Assembly (NCBI RefSeq): GCF_039654945.1
Contig: NW_027361856.1
Span: 4,774,001 to 4,838,000, forward strand
Length of the DNA: 64,000 nucleotides
Origin: Dendrobates tinctorius
Lineage: Eukaryota
Reading direction: 5' to 3'
Part shown: piece by piece, positions 27,090-39,700 of the stretch
Numbering within the stretch: the first letter of the stretch is position 1
How the letters are laid out: every line of letters starts with the position of its first letter
Translations under genes and position numbers: made by a program
Notes under the pieces: model-generated
Told to the model about the DNA's origin: nothing
What the model saw: the letters and a program-made list of their open reading frames with translations, nothing else
The model's database searches: none

Positions 27090-28090
27090 TGTGTAACGTC
27101 CGATTTATGTGTCCTGTGTGTGTAACACCGGAACACATCCTTTCCTGTAAATCAGACTCCTGTACGTGCCCCCTTCTGTGTGTGAAACACCTGTAAACGT
27201 CCCCTCCTGTGTGTGTGAGGCCCATACATGTCCCTTCCCGTTTGTGTCACGCCGGTATAACACCCCTCATATGTGTGTGATGTATGTATGTGTCCCCTCC
27301 TGTATGTGTGACACCTGAACCTGTCCTATAATAATAATCTTTATTTATATTAGTATATGTGTGTCACGCCCGTACATGTCCCCTCCTGTGTGTGTGTGAC
27401 GCTCATACATGTACCCTCCTGTGTGTGATGCCTGTACACAAGCCCTCCTATGTGTGACGCCTGTACACGTCCCCTCCTGTGAGTGTGACGCCCATATATG
27501 TCCCCTCCTGAGTGTGTAGCGCCCGTACACGTGCCCTCCTGTGTATGTGTGTAATGCCAGTATGTGTCCCCTTCTGTGTGTGACACCTGTACTTGTCACC
27601 TCCTGTGTGACGCCTGCACACGTCCTCTCCAGTGCGTGACACTCGTACACATCCCCTCCAGTGTGTGCGATGCCTGTACACGTCGCTCCTGTGTGTGTTT
27701 CTCATACACGTCCCTTGCAGTGTGTGTGATGCCTGTACACGTCCCTCCAATGTGTGTGATGCCTGAACACAACCCCTCCTTTGTGTGTGATGCCCGTACA
27801 CGTCGCCTCCAGTGTGTGACGCCTGTACGTATCCCCTCCTATGTGTGTGATGCCCATAAGTGTCCCCTCCAGTGTGTGAAATGCCTGTACACGTTCATTC
27901 CTGTGTGTGTGACACCCGTATACTTCCCCTCCTGTGAGTATGACGCTCGTACACGTCCCCTCCTGTCTATGCAAAGCTTATAAGTGTACCCTCCTGTGTG
28001 TGTGGCGCCCGTACAAGTCCCCTCCTGTCTATGCGAAGCTTGTAACTGTACTCTCCTGTGTGTGTGTGACATGTATATGTCCCCTCCTTT
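27090..28090. repeat. Degenerate copy of the 29/31-bp TGTGTGATGCCCGTACACGACCCCTCC minisatellite
   Basis: Same motif as the 30771-40370 array but heavily mutated. Confidence 0.85.
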
Positions 28091-28109
28091 GTATGTTGAG
28101 AGAAAAAAT

Positions 28110-28370
28110 ATTGGCCTGCACACTGTCCGGTGGTGAGGTGCTGATGTAACGGGCAGTGGACCCCAGATCAGTCTAATCAAAATTCACCGCACACTCTAAT
28201 ATTTTAGGTGATACAAAAGACATTTATTCACGTCAGTGACGAATGGAAAAAAAGAAAGCAAATCACAGGAAAAGTTTAAAACATTACAAAGCGCCTGTAT
28301 TCAGAAGAAGACGTTTCGGCCTGTCCAGGACTTATTCATTACGCCGCTGTAAGAGAAAACATTCAATAAG
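28110..28370 (-). mobile_element. Probable Penelope-like element terminal fragment with a decayed hammerhead-type motif
   Basis: The minus strand reads ...ATGAATAAG TCCTGGACAGGCC GAAACGTC..., then AATAAA, GAGTGTGCGGTG and CAGCACC...GTGTGC. This order resembles my recollection of amphibian Penelope termini; family assignment needs a repeat-library search. Confidence 0.4.
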
Positions 28371-28444
28371 TGACAAATCCACACGTACAAAACTAAAATC
28401 ACAAAGAGCTGGTTACATGAAATAACTAAGGAATACATGCTTAA

Positions 28445-29032
28445 AGGGAATCTGTCACCTCATTTTTGGCCTATCAGCCGCCGGCACCGCCATCAAGGGG
28501 TTATCTACAGCATTCTGTAATGCTGTAGATAATCCCCGATGAAACCTGAAAGATAAGAAAAGCGAGTTAGATTATACTCACCGGGGGGCAGTCCAGTCCA
28601 ATGGGTGTTGCGGTCCGGTCCCTCCCATCTTCATACGATGATGTCCTCCTCCTTACTTCTGCCGCGGCTCCTGCGCATGCGCACTTTATCTGCCCTGTTG
28701 AAGGCAGAGCAGAGTACTGCAGTGCGCAGGCGCCGGAGAGGTCAGAGAGGCCCGGCGCCTGCGCACTGCAGTACTGTACTCTGTCCTCAACAGGGCAGAT
28801 AAAGTACGCCTGCACAGGAACCGCGGCAGAAGAAGGAGGACGTCATCTCTAGAACATGGGAGGCGCCGCAACGCCCACCGGACAACGCCCCCCCGGTGAG
28901 TATAATCTAACTCGTTTTTCTTCTCTTTCAGGTTACATCGGGGGCTTATCTACAGCATTACAGAATGCTGTAGATAAGCCCTGATGGCGGTGCCGGCAGC
29001 TGATAGGGCAAAAATGAGTTGACAGATTCCCT
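28445..29032. mobile_element. T2/Kolobok-type fold-back MITE (~590 bp) with TTAA target sites
   Basis: TTAA|AGGGAATCTGTCA ... TGACAGATTCCCT|TTAA (TTAA at 28441-28444 and 29033-29036). Long imperfect arms around a centre near 28740. Confidence 0.9.
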
Positions 29033-29104
29033 TTAAGCATGTATTCCCTAGTTATTTCATGTAACCAGCTCTTTGTGATTTTAGTTTTGTACATGTGGAT
29101 TTGT

Positions 29105-30428
29105 CAGAGCGGTACACCGGAAGTGATGTACTGCCCTTATGCAGTCCCCTGTATTGAGGACACTGTGGGCAGAGCGGTACACCAGAAGTGACGTACTGCC
29201 CTTATGCAGTCCCCTGTATTGAGGACACTGTGGGCAGAGCGGTACACCGGAAGTGACGTACTGCCCTTATGCAGTCCCCTGAATTGAGGACACTGTGGGC
29301 AGAGCGGTACACCGGAAGTGACGTACTGCCCTTATGCAGTCCCCTGTATTGAGGACACTGTGGGCAGAGCGGTACACCGGAAGTGACGTACTGCCCTTAT
29401 GCAGTCCCCTGTATTGAGGACACTGTGGGCAGAGCGGTACACCGGAAGTGACGTACTGCCCTTATGCAGTCCCCTGTATTGAGGACACTGTGGGCAGAGC
29501 GGTACACCGGAAGTGACGTACTGCCCTTATGCAGTCCCCTGTATTGAGGATACTGTGGGCAGAGCGGTACACCGGAAGTGACGTACTGCCCTTATGCAGT
29601 CCCCTGTATTGAGGACACTGTAGGCAGAGCGGTACACCGGAAGTGACGTACTGCCCTTATGCAGTCCCCTGTATTGAGGACACTGTGGGCAGAGCGGTAC
29701 ACCGGACGTGACGTACTGCCCTTATGCAGTCCCCTGTATTGAGGACACTGTGGGCAGAGCGGTACACCGGAAGTGACGTACTGCCCTTATGCAGTGCCCT
29801 GTATTGAGGACACTGTGGGCAGAGCGGTACGCCGGAAGTGACGTACTGCCCTTATGCAGTCCCCTGTATTGAGGACAATGTGGGCAGAGCGGTATGCCGG
29901 AAGTGACGTACTGCTCTTATAAAGTCCCCTGTATTGAGGACACTGTGGGCAGAGCGGTACACCGGAAGTGACGTACTGCCCTTATGCAGTCCCCTGTATT
30001 GAAGACACTGTGGGCAGAGCGGTACACCGGAAGTGATGTACTGCCCTTAAGCAGTCCACTGTATTGAGGACACTGTGGGCAGAGGGGTACACCGGAAGGG
30101 ACGTACTGCCCTTATGCAGTCCCCTGTATTGAGGACACTACGGACAGAGCGGTACACCGGAAGTGACGTACTGCCCTTACGCAGTCCCCTGTATTGAGGA
30201 CACTGTGGGCAGAGTGGTACACCGGAAGTGACGTACTGCCCTTAAGCAGTACCCTGTATTGAGGACACTGTGGGCAGTGTGGTACACCGGAAGTGACGTA
30301 CTGCCCATATGCAGTCCCCTCTATTGAGGACACTGTGGGCAGAGTGGTACACCGGAAGTGACGTACTGCCCATATGCAGTCCCCTGTATTGAGGACACTG
30401 TGGGCAGAGTGGTACACCAGAAGTGACG
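29105..30428. repeat. 65-bp minisatellite, ~20 copies, most units carrying ACCGGAAGTGACGT
   Basis: Unit CAGAGCGGTACACCGGAAGTGACGTACTGCCCTTATGCAGTCCCCTGTATTGAGGACACTGTGGG. GAGGAC at 29221 and 29286. Confidence 0.95.
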
Positions 30429-30468
30429 CGTCGCTGGGAAAAGCCCTGTAGTATTCTGTGCTGCACCG

Positions 30469-30482
30469 GTTGCCATGGGGAC
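30469..30482. promoter_or_regulatory. RFX X-box-like motif GTTGCCATGGGGAC
   Basis: The reverse complement GTCCCCATGGCAAC fits the RFX consensus. It lies about 40 bp from the end of the ETS-CRE array. Confidence 0.5.
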
Positions 30483-30770
30483 ATTGTATGCGATTTTGTT
30501 TGTGAGGGATCCGGGACTTTTATCACAGTGTGCATATGTAATTTTAAAGGGGAAATCAGAATGTGGTCCTACTGTGATAAAAACGGACCATTGTGAACAT
30601 GTAGACCAACCAAATTATATTAAATAAAGAACCCCAGTATAGGACAGGAAAACATAAACATAAGGTCATTCATATCAGCAAGAATGTTGCTAAAATAAAG
30701 GGTATGTGGAATGGGAGCAAATGAAAAATCTGGGATAATAAAAAATGATGGACAGCCCCCAGACCTCCAA

Positions 30771-33700
30771 TGTGTGTGTGTGATGCCCATACACGACCCC
30801 TCCTGTGTGTGTGATGCCCGTACATGACCCTCCCTGTGTGTGTGATGCCCGTACACGACCTCTCCTGTGTGTGTGATGCCTGTACACGACCCATCCTGTG
30901 TGTGTGATGCCCGTAGACAACCTCTCCTGTGTGTGTGATGCCCGTACATGACCTCTCCTGTGTGTGATGCCCGTACACGACCTCTCCTGTGTGTGTGATG
31001 CCCGTACACGACCTCTCCTGTGTGTGTGATGCCCGTACACGACCTCCCCTGTGTGTGTGATGCCTGTACATGACCCCTCCTGTGTGTGTGATGCCCGTAC
31101 ACGACCACTCCTGTGTGTGTGATGCCCGTACACGACCTCTCCTGTGTGTGTGATGCCCGTACACGACCTCTCCTGTGTGTGTGATGCCCGTACATGACCT
31201 CTCCTGTGTGTGATGCCCGTACACGACCTCTCCTGTGTGTGTGATGCCCGTACACGACCCCTTCCTGTGTGTAATGCCCGTACACGACCTGTCCTGTGTG
31301 ATGCCTGTACACGTCCCCTCCTTTGTGTGTGATGCCCGTACACGACCCCTCCTGTGTGTGATGTTAGAAAGTCACCTCCCCTATTTGTGTGACGACCGTA
31401 CACGTCCCCTCCTGTGTGTGATGCCTGTACACGACCCCTCCTGTGTGTGTGATGCCCGTACACGACCTCTCCTGTGTGTGATGCCCGTACACGACCTCTC
31501 CTGTGTGTGATGCCCGTACACGACCCCTCCTGTGTGTGTTGCCCGTACACGACCCCTCCTGTGTGTGTGACGCCCGTACACGTCCCCTCCTGTGTGTGTG
31601 ATGCCCGTACACGACCCCTCCTGTGTGTGATGTTAGAAAGTCACCTCCCCTATTTGTGTGACGACCGTACACGTCCCCTCCTGTGTGTGATGCCTGTACA
31701 CGACCCCTCCTGTGTGTGTGATGCCCGTACACGACCTCTCCTGTGTGTGATGCCCGTACACGACCTCTCCTGTGTGTGATGCCGAGTACATGACCCCTCC
31801 TGTGTGTGTGACGCCCGTACACAACCCCTACTGTGTGTGTGATTCCCGTTCACGACCTCTCCTGTGTGTGTGTTGCCCGTACACGACCCCTCCTGTGTGT
31901 GTGTTGCCCGTACACGTCCCCTCCTGTGTGTGTGATGCCTGTACACGACCCCTCCTGTGTGTGTGATGCCCGTACACGACCCCTCCTGTGTGTGTGTTGC
32001 CCGTACACGACCCCTCCTGTGTGTGTGATTCCCGTACACGACCCCTCCTGTGTGTGTGATGCCCGTACACGACCCCTCCTGTGTGTGGTATGCCTGTACA
32101 CGACCCCTCCTGTGTGTGTGATGCCCGTACACGACCCCTCCTGTGTGTGCGTTGCCCGTACACGACCCCTCCTGTGTGTGTGATTCCCGTTCACGACCTC
32201 TCCTGTGTGTGTGATGCCCGTACACGACCCCTCCTGTGTGTGGTATGCCTGTACACGACCCAACCTGTGTGTGTGATGCCCGTACACGACCTCTCCTGTG
32301 TGTGTGATGCCCGTACACGACTCCTCCTGTGTGTGTGATGCCCGTACACGACCTCTACTGTATGTGTGATGCCCGTACACGTCCCTTCCTGTGTGTGTGA
32401 TGCCTGTACCGACCCCTCTTGTGTGTGTGATGCCCGTACACGACCCCTCCTGTGTGTGTGTTGCCCGTACACCTCCCCTCCTGTGTGTGATTCCCGTACA
32501 CGACCTCTCCTGTGTGTGTGTTGCCCGTACACGACCTCTCCTGTGTGTGTGCTGCCCGTACACCTCTCCTCCTGTGTGTGTGATGCCCGTACACGACCTC
32601 TCCTGTGTGTGTGATGCCCGTACACGTCCCCTCCTGTGTGTGTGATGCCCGTACGCGACCCCTCCTGTGTGTGTGATGCCCGTACGCGACCCTTCGTGTG
32701 TGTGTGTTGCCCGTACACCTCCCCTCCTGTGTGTGTGATGCCTGTACACGACCCCTCCTGTGTGTGTGATGCCCGTACACGACACCTCCTGTGTGTGTGT
32801 TGCCCGTACACCACCCCTCCTGTGTGTGTGATGCCCGCACACGACCCCACCTGTGTGTGTGATGCCCGTACACGACCCCTCCTGTGCGTGTGTTGCCCGT
32901 ACACGTCCCCTCCTGTGTGTGTTATGCCTGTACACGACCCCTCCTGTGTGTGTTATGCCCGTACACGACCCCTCCTGTGTGTGTGTTGCCCGTACACCTC
33001 CCCTCCTGTGTGTGTGATGCCCGTACACGTCCTCTCCTGTGTGTGTGATGCCCGTACACGACCCCTCCTGTGTGTGTTGCCCGTACACGACCCCTCCTGT
33101 GTGTGATGCCCGTACACGACCTCTCCTGTGTGTGTGATGCCCGTACACGACCCCTCCTGTGTGTGTGATGCCTGTACACGACCCCTCGTGTGTGTGATGC
33201 CCGTACACAACCTCTCCTGTGTGTGATGCCCGTACATGACCCCTCCTGTGTGTGATGCCCGTACACGACCTCTCCTGTGTGTGTGATGCCTGTACACGTC
33301 CCCTCCTGCGTGTGTGATGCCCGTACACGACCCCTCCTGTGTGTGATGTTAGAAAGTCACCTCCCCTATATGTGTGACGCCCGTACACGTCCCCTCCTGT
33401 GTGTGTGATGCCTGTACACGACCCCTCCTGTGTGTGATGCCCGTACACGACCTCTCCTTTGTGTGATGCCCGTACACGACCTCTCCTCTGTGTGATGCCC
33501 TTACACGACCCCTCCTGTGTGTGTTGCCCGTACACGACCCCTCCTGTGTGTGTGACGCCCGTACACGTCCCCTTCTGTGTGTGTGATACCTGTACACGAC
33601 CCCTCCTGTGTGTGTGTGATGCCCATACACGACCCCTCCTGTGCGTGTGTTGCCCGTACACGACCCCTCCTGTATGTGTGATGCCCGTACACGACCCTTC

Positions 33701-36700
33701 CTGTGTGTGTGATGCCCGTACACGACCTCTCCTGTGTGTGTGATGCCCGTACACGACCCCTCCTGTGTGGGATGCCTGTACACGATCCCTCCTGTGTGTG
33801 TGATGCCCGTACACGACCCCTCCTGTGTGTGTGATGCCCGTACACGACCTCTCCTGTATGTGTGATGCCCGTACACGTCCCCTCCTGTGTGTGTGATGCC
33901 TGTACACGACCCCTCCTGTGTGTGATGCCCGTACACGACCTCTCCTTTGTGTGATGCCCGTACACGACCTCTCCTCTGTGTGATGCCCTTACACGACCCC
34001 TCCTGTGTGTGTTGCCCGTACACGACCCCTCCTGTGTGTGTGACGCCCGTACACGTCCCCTTCTGTGTGTGTGATACCTGTACACGACCCCTCCTGTGTG
34101 TGTGATGCCCATACACGACCCCTCCTGTGCGTGTGTTGCCCGTACACGACCCCTCCTGTATGTGTGATGCCCGTACACGACCCTTCCTGTGTGTGTGATG
34201 CACGTACACGACCTCTCCTGTATGTGTGATGCCCGTACACGTCCCCTCCTGTGTGTGATGCCCGTACACGACCTCTCCTGTGTGTGTGTGTTGCCCGTAC
34301 ACGACCTCTCCTGTGTGTGTGTTGCCCGTACACCTCCCCTCCTGTGTGTGTGATGCCCGTACGCGACCTCTCCTGTGTGTGTGATGCCCGTACACGTCCC
34401 CTCCTGTGTGTGTGTTGCCCGTACACGACCCCTCCTGTGTGTGTGATGCCCGTACACGACCCCTCCTGTGTGTGTGATGCCCGTACACGACCTCTCCTGT
34501 GTGTGTGATGCCCGTACACGACCCCTCCTGTGTGGGATGCCTGTACACGACCCCTCGTGTGTGTGATGCCCGTACACGACCCCTCCTGTGTGTGTGATGC
34601 CCGTACACGACCTCTACTGTATGTGTGATGCCCGTACACGTCCCCTCCTGTGTGTGATGCCTGTACACGACCCCTCCTGTGTGTGTGATGCCCGTACACT
34701 GCGCTCTGCAAACGACTTTCGACTAACCTCTGCACTAATCCGTATCTCCCACTCCCGACTCCAAGACTTCTCCCGTGCTGCTCCTATCCTCTGGAATGCT
34801 CTACCCCAAGAAATCAGGACTATCCACAATTTGCATAGTTTTAGGCGCTCCCTCAAAACACACCTGTTCAGAGCGGCCTATCACATTCACTAATCAAAGT
34901 CATTCTCTGTGTAAGTGTGCGTGCGTAGCCCATTCACTATCTCCATCCATCCTTCACTCCTGCAAGATGGCTGGACCTTCATTGTAAATACACCATTGTA
35001 AATACACACCTGTACTCTGTATCTCCCTCACCTCATTGTAGATTGTACGCTCTCACGAGCAGGGTCGTCTTATTTCGTCTTATTTTGCTTTAATTATTGT
35101 ATTGTTAGCGTTGTTACTTATGACTTGTGTTTTGAAACTGTTAAACTGTAAAGCGCTGCGGAATATGTTGGCGCTATATAAATAAAGATTATTATTATTA
35201 TTATTATTATTATCCCACACACAGGAGGGGTCGTGTACGGGCATCACACACACAAGAGGGGTCGTGTACAGGCATCACACACACAGGAGGGGTCGTGTAC
35301 GGGCATCACACACACAGGAGGGGACGTGTACGGGCATCACACACACAGGAGAGGTCGTGTACGGGCATCACACACACAGGAGGGGAGGTGTACGGGCAAC
35401 ACACACACAGGAGAGGTCGTGTACGGGCAACACACACACAGGAGAGGTCGTGTACGGGCAACACACACAGGAGGGGAGGTGTACGGGCATCACACACACA
35501 GGAGGGGTCGTGTACGGGCAACACACACAGGAGGGGAGGTGTACGGGCAACACACACACAGGAGGGGTCGTGTACGGGCAACACACACACAGGAGAGGTC
35601 GTGTACGGGCATCACACACACAGGAGGGGAGGTGTACGGGCAACACACACACAGGAGAGGTCGTGTACGGGCAACACACACACAGGAGAGGTCGTGTACG
35701 GGCAACACACACAGGAGGGGAGGTGTACGGGCAACACACACACAGGAGGGGTCGTGTACGGGCATCACACACACTGGAGAGGTCGTGTACAGGCATCACA
35801 CACAGGAGGGGACGTGTACGGGCATCACACATACAGTAGAGGTCGTGTACGGGCATCACACACACAGGAGGGGTCGTGTACGGGCATCACACACAGTGGG
35901 ATGCCTGTACACGACCCCTCCTGTGTGTGTGATGCCCGTACAAGACCCCTCCTGTGTGTGTGATGCCCGTACATGACCTCTCCTGTGTGTGTGATGCCCG
36001 TACACGACCTCTCCAGTGTGTGTGATGCCCGTACACGACCCCTCCTGTGTGTGTGATGCCCGTACAAGACCCATCCTGTGTGTGTGATGCCCGTACATGA
36101 CCTCTTCTGTGTGTGTGATGCCCGTACACGACCGCTCCTGTGTGTGTAATGCCCGTACACGACCCCTCCTGTGTGTGTGATGCCCGTACATGACCTCTCC
36201 TGTGTGTGTGATGCCCGTACACGACCCCTTCTGTGTGTGTGATGCCCGTACATGACCTCTCCTGTGTGTGTGATGCCCGTACACGACCCCTCCTGTGTGT
36301 GTGATGCCCGTACACGACCCCTCCTGTGTGTGTGATGCCTGTACACGACCCCTCCTGTGAGTGTGATGCCCGTACACGACCTCTCCTGTGTGTGATGCCC
36401 GTACACGACCCCTCCTGTGTGTAATGCCCGTACACGACCTCTCCTGTGTGTGTGATGCCTGTACACGTCCCCTGCTTTGTGTGTGATGCCCGTACACGAC
36501 CACTCCTGTGTGTGATGTTAGGAAGTCACCTCCCCTATATGTGTGATGCCCGTACACGTCCCCTCCTGTGTGTGTGATGCCTGTACACGACCCCTCCTGT
36601 GTGTGTGATGCCTGTACACAACCCCTCCTGTGTGTGTGATGCCCGTACACGACCTCTCCTGTGTGTGATGCCCGTACACGACCTCTCCTGTGTGTGATGC

Positions 36701-39700
36701 CCGTACACGACCCCTCCTGTGTGTGTTGCCCGTACACGACCCCTCCTGTGTGTGTTGCCCGTACACGACCCCTCCTGTGTGTGTGACGCCCATACACGTC
36801 CCCTCCTGTGTGTGTGATGCCTGTACACGACCCCTCCTGTGTGTGTGATGCCCGTACACGACCCCTCCTGTGTGTGTGTTGCCCGTACACGACCCCTCCT
36901 GTGTGTGATTCCCGAACACGACCCCTCCTGTATGTGTGATGCCCGTACATGACCTCTCCTGTGTGTGTGATGCCCGTACACGACCCCTCCTGTGTGTGTG
37001 ATGCCCGTACACGTCCCCTCCTGTGTGTGTGATGCCCGTACGCGACCCCTCCTGTGTGTGATGCCCGTACACGACCCCTCCTATGTGTGTGCTGCCCGTA
37101 CACCTCCCCTCCTGTGTATGATGCTGCCCGTACACGACCTCTCCTGTGTGTGTGTTGCCCGTACACGTCCCCTCCTATGTGTGTGATGCCTGTACACGTC
37201 CCCTCCTGTGTGTGTGATGCCCGTACACGACCCCTCCTGTGTGTATGATGCCCGCACACGACCACTCCTGTGTGTGTGCTGCCCGTACACCTCCCCTCCT
37301 GTGTGTGTGATGCCCGTACACGACCTCTCCTGTGTGTGTGTTGCCCGTACACGTCCCCTCCTGTGTGTGTGATGCCTGTACACGACCCCTCCTGTGTGTG
37401 TGATGCCCGCACACGACCCCTCCTGTGTGTGTGTTGCCTGTACACGACCCCTCCTGTGTGTGTGATGCCCGTACACGACCCCTCCTGTGTGTGTTGCCTG
37501 TACACGACCCCTCCTGTGTGTGTGATGCCCGTACACGTCCCCTCCTGTGTGTGTGATGCCCGTACACGACCCCACCTGTGTGTGTGATGCCCGTACACGA
37601 CCCCTCCTGTGTGTGTTGCCTGTACACGACCCCTCCTGTGTGTGTTATGCCCGTACACGTCCCCTCCTGTGTGTGTGATGCCCGTACACGACCCCTCCTG
37701 TGTGTGATGCCCGTACACGACCCCTCCTGTGTGTGATGCCCGTACACCTCCCCTCCTGTGTGTGTGATGCCCGTACACGACCCCTCCTGTGTGTGTTGCC
37801 TGTACACGACCCCTCCTGTGTGTGTGATGCCCGTACACGTCCCCTCCTGTGTGTGTGATGCCCGTACACGACCCCTCCTGTGTGTGTTGCCCGTACACGA
37901 CCCCTCCTGTGTGTGTTGCCCGTACACGACCCCTCCTGTGTGTGTGACGCCCATACACGTCCCCTCCTGTGTGTGTGATGCCTGTACACGACCCCTCCTG
38001 TGTGTGTGATGCCCGTACACGACCCCTCCTGTGTGTGTGTTGCCCGTACACGATCTCTCCTGTGTGTGTGATTCCCGAACACGACCCCTCCTGTATGTGT
38101 GATGCCCGTACACGACCTCTCCTGTGTGTGTGATGCCCGTACACGACCCCTCCTGTGTGTGTGATGCCCGTACACGTCCCCTCCTGTGTGTGTGATGCCC
38201 GTACGCGACCCCTCCTGTGTGTGATGCCCGTACGCGACCCCTCGTGTGTGTGCTGCCCGTACACCTCCCCTCCTGTGTGTGTGATGCCTGTACACGACCC
38301 CTCCTGTGTGTGTGATGCCCGTACACGACCCCTCCTATGTGTGTGCTGCCCGTACACCTCCCCTCCTGTATATGATGCTGCCCGTACACGACCTCTCCTG
38401 TGTGTGTGTTGCCCGTACACGTCCCCTCCTGTGTGTGATGCCTGTACACGTCCCCTCCTGTGTGTGTGATGCCCGTACACGACCCCTCCTGTGTGTATGA
38501 TGCCCGCACACGACCACTCCTGTGTGTGTGCTGCCCGTACACCTCCCCTCCTGTGTGTGTGATGCCCGTACACGACCTCTCCTGTGTGTGTGTTGCCCGT
38601 ACACGTCCCCTCCTGTGTGTGTGATGCCTGTACACGACCCCTCCTGTGTGTGTGATGCCCGCACACGACCCCTCCTGTGTGTGTGTTGCCTGTACACGAC
38701 CCCTCCTGTGTGTGTGATGCCCGTACACGACCCCTCCTGTGTGTGTTGCCAGTACACGACCCCTCCTGTGTGTGTGAGATGCCCGTACACGTCCCCTCCT
38801 GTGTGTGTGATGCCCGTACACGACCCCTCCTGTGTGTGTGATGCCCGTACACGACCCCTCCTGTGTGTGTTGCCTGTACACGACCCCTCCTGTGTGTGTG
38901 ATGCCCGTACACGACCCCTCCTGTGTGTGTGTTGCCCGTACACGACCCCTCCTGTGTGTATGATGCCCGCACACGACCACTCCTGTGTGTGTGATGCCCG
39001 TACACGACCTCTCCTGTGTGTGTGTTGCCCGTACACGTCCCCTCCTGTGTGTGTGATGCCTGTACACGACCCCTCCTGTGTGTGTGATGCCCGCACACGA
39101 CCCCTCCTGTGTGTGTGTTGCCTGTACACGACCCCTCCTGTGTGTGTGATGCCCGTACACGACCCCTCCTGTGTGTGTTGCCTGTACACGACCCCTCCTG
39201 TGTGTGTGATGCCCGTACACGTCCCCTCCTGTGTGTGTGATGCCCGTACACGACCCCTCCTGTGTGTGTGATGCCCGTAAACGACCCCTCCTGTGTGTGT
39301 TGCCTGTACACGACCCCTCCTGTGTGTGTGATGCCCGTACACGTCCCCTCCTGTGTGTGTGATGCCCGTACACCTCCCCTCCTGTGTGTGTGATGCCCGT
39401 ACACGACCCCTCCTGTGTATGATGCTGCCCGTACACGACCCCTCCTGTGTGTGTGATGCCCGTACACGACCCCTCCTGTGTGTGATGCCCGTACACGACC
39501 CCTCCTGTGTGTGATGCCCGTACACCTCACCTCCTGTGTGTGTGATGCCCGTACACGACCCCTCCTGTGTGTGATGCCCGTACACGACCCCTCCTGTGTG
39601 TGATGCCCAGTACACGACCCCTCCTGTGTGTGTTGCCTGTACACGACCCCTCCTGTGTGTGTGATGCCCGTACACGACCCCTCCTGTGTGTGTGATGCCC

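Noticed and set aside
26602-27225. 207-aa ORF with 29-aa Cys/Trp repeats
   Set aside because: Frame-preserving 87-bp tandem repeat in an intron, with no recognisable domain.
29105-30428. CRISPR-like regular array
   Set aside because: No unique spacers, no cas genes, vertebrate context.
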